This document shows positions 15,022 to 15,801 of a DNA stretch of 15,801 nt, one piece after another. This stretch comes from Candidatus Aenigmatarchaeota archaeon (GTDB lineage: Archaea; Aenigmatarchaeota; Aenigmatarchaeia; CG10238-14; SCSR01), in assembly GCA_039000165.1 (NCBI GenBank), contig JAWBTW010000017.1, positions 1 through 15,801 of the forward strand. Reading direction: 5' to 3'. The notes under the pieces are model-generated. The model saw nothing but the letters and a program-made list of their open reading frames with translations, made no database searches and had not been told where the DNA came from. Numbering within the stretch: position 1 is the stretch's first letter; each line of letters starts with the position of its first letter. Made by a program: the position numbers and the translations under genes.

Positions 15022-15801
15022 TTACACCTCAGGTTTGGGAATTTCTTCTGGTAGGCCTTTCCTCTTTCTTATTCCTTTTATTACTTCATCTCTTAACTCA
15101 TTTGGTAATTTCTCAAAAACTGTTTCTATCAAGCTATAGAATCCTCTTCCAGAAGTTGCAGATTTTAGGCTAGCATCAAACCCAAACATGTCAGAAACAG
15201 GAATTTTTGCTATTACAACGCTTGCTCCCCTCTCTTCTTTCATATCCAAGATTTGCCCTCTTCTGTTTTCAACTTCTCTTGTAGCTTCACCCATTAGCTC
15301 AGTAGGAACATCAATCCTTATTATCTGTTTAGGTTCAAGCAAGGTAGCGTTAGCTTTAAGCATTGCTTGCCTTATAGCATACCTTACAGCAGGCATTATC
15401 TGTCCTGGGCCTCTATGCACAGGGTCTTCGTGAAGCTCAGCATCTATTAGCTTGACCTTTACTTTAGTACAAGGCTCTCTTGCTAATGGTCCGTCATCCA
15501 TAACTTCTTTAAAAGCATCTTTAACCATTTCTATAACTTCGTTCATAAATTGTACTCCTTTTGTTAAATCGATAAACATGTTTTTATTATAAATAACAAC
15601 CACTCTTTTTGCTTCGTCATAGTCCATTCCTAAACCTGAAAGTTTTTTGAACAAGTCTAACATTTTAGTTTTAACCTCTATCGTGCTTGGGATTTCACCT
15701 TCCTTCATAGCCTGGTATATTTTTTCTTCTAAAGGTTCAACCATTATGTAGAACTTATTGTGTTTGTTTGGACTCTTCCCTTCAATAACAGGTGACTTCT
15801 C
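15022..15801 (-). CDS. fusA: Translation elongation factor EF-2, C-terminal part (5'-truncated by the window edge)
   Basis: Frame is open to 15801 (EKSPVIEGKSPNKHNKFYIMVEPL...). GPLAREP, diphthamide loop LHEDPVHRGPGQ, LLEP and SATSGRG. Confidence 0.98.
   Translation of the reverse strand, partial: EKSPVIEGKSPNKHNKFYIMVEPLEEKIYQAMKEGEIPSTIEVKTKMLDLFKKLSGLGMDYDEAKRVVVIYNKNMFIDLTKGVQFMNEVIEMVKDAFKEVMDDGPLAREPCTKVKVKLIDAELHEDPVHRGPGQIMPAVRYAIRQAMLKANATLLEPKQIIRIDVPTELMGEATREVENRRGQILDMKEERGASVVIAKIPVSDMFGFDASLKSATSGRGFYSLIETVFEKLPNELRDEVIKGIRKRKGLPEEIPKPEV

Noticed and set aside
3264..15433. Shadow ORFs (3264+, 4493-, 5414-, 6749+, 6879-, 8431+, 9558+, 9694+, 11045+, 11926-, 12814-, 13832+, 14601+, 15188+)
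   Set aside because: They overlap well-supported genes, mostly antisense, and show no motifs.
15400..15440. Loss of the EF-2 diphthamide site
   Set aside because: The target His in HRG is retained (HEDPVHRGPGQ).

Overview
AT-rich archaeal chromosomal segment. Compact genes and divergent proteins suggest a DPANN-type lineage (inference only). The right two-thirds is mostly housekeeping: EF-2 (partial), EF-1alpha, uS10, cytidylate kinase, a UPF0282-type metallo-beta-lactamase, PolB, an HTH-CBS regulator divergent from archaeal SAM synthetase, deoxyhypusine synthase and type II Met aminopeptidase. An L-fucose/arabinose-isomerase-family gene sits between tuf and rps10. The left 3.8 kb is the unusual part. 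A ~740-bp non-coding region carries spaced TGCGCCA boxes, phased repeats and a very AT-rich tract. It is followed by a 250-aa gene (amphipathic N-terminal helix, coiled coil, C-terminal winged HTH) whose own coding sequence contains a helically phased array of AGCGCTTCAA read in all three frames, plus a perfect 22-bp palindrome of the same motif. Next come two divergent small HTH genes and two paralogous C4 zinc-finger microproteins that the ORF track missed. Best hypothesis: an undescribed origin-like or centromere-like DNA-tethering module. No database searches were run.
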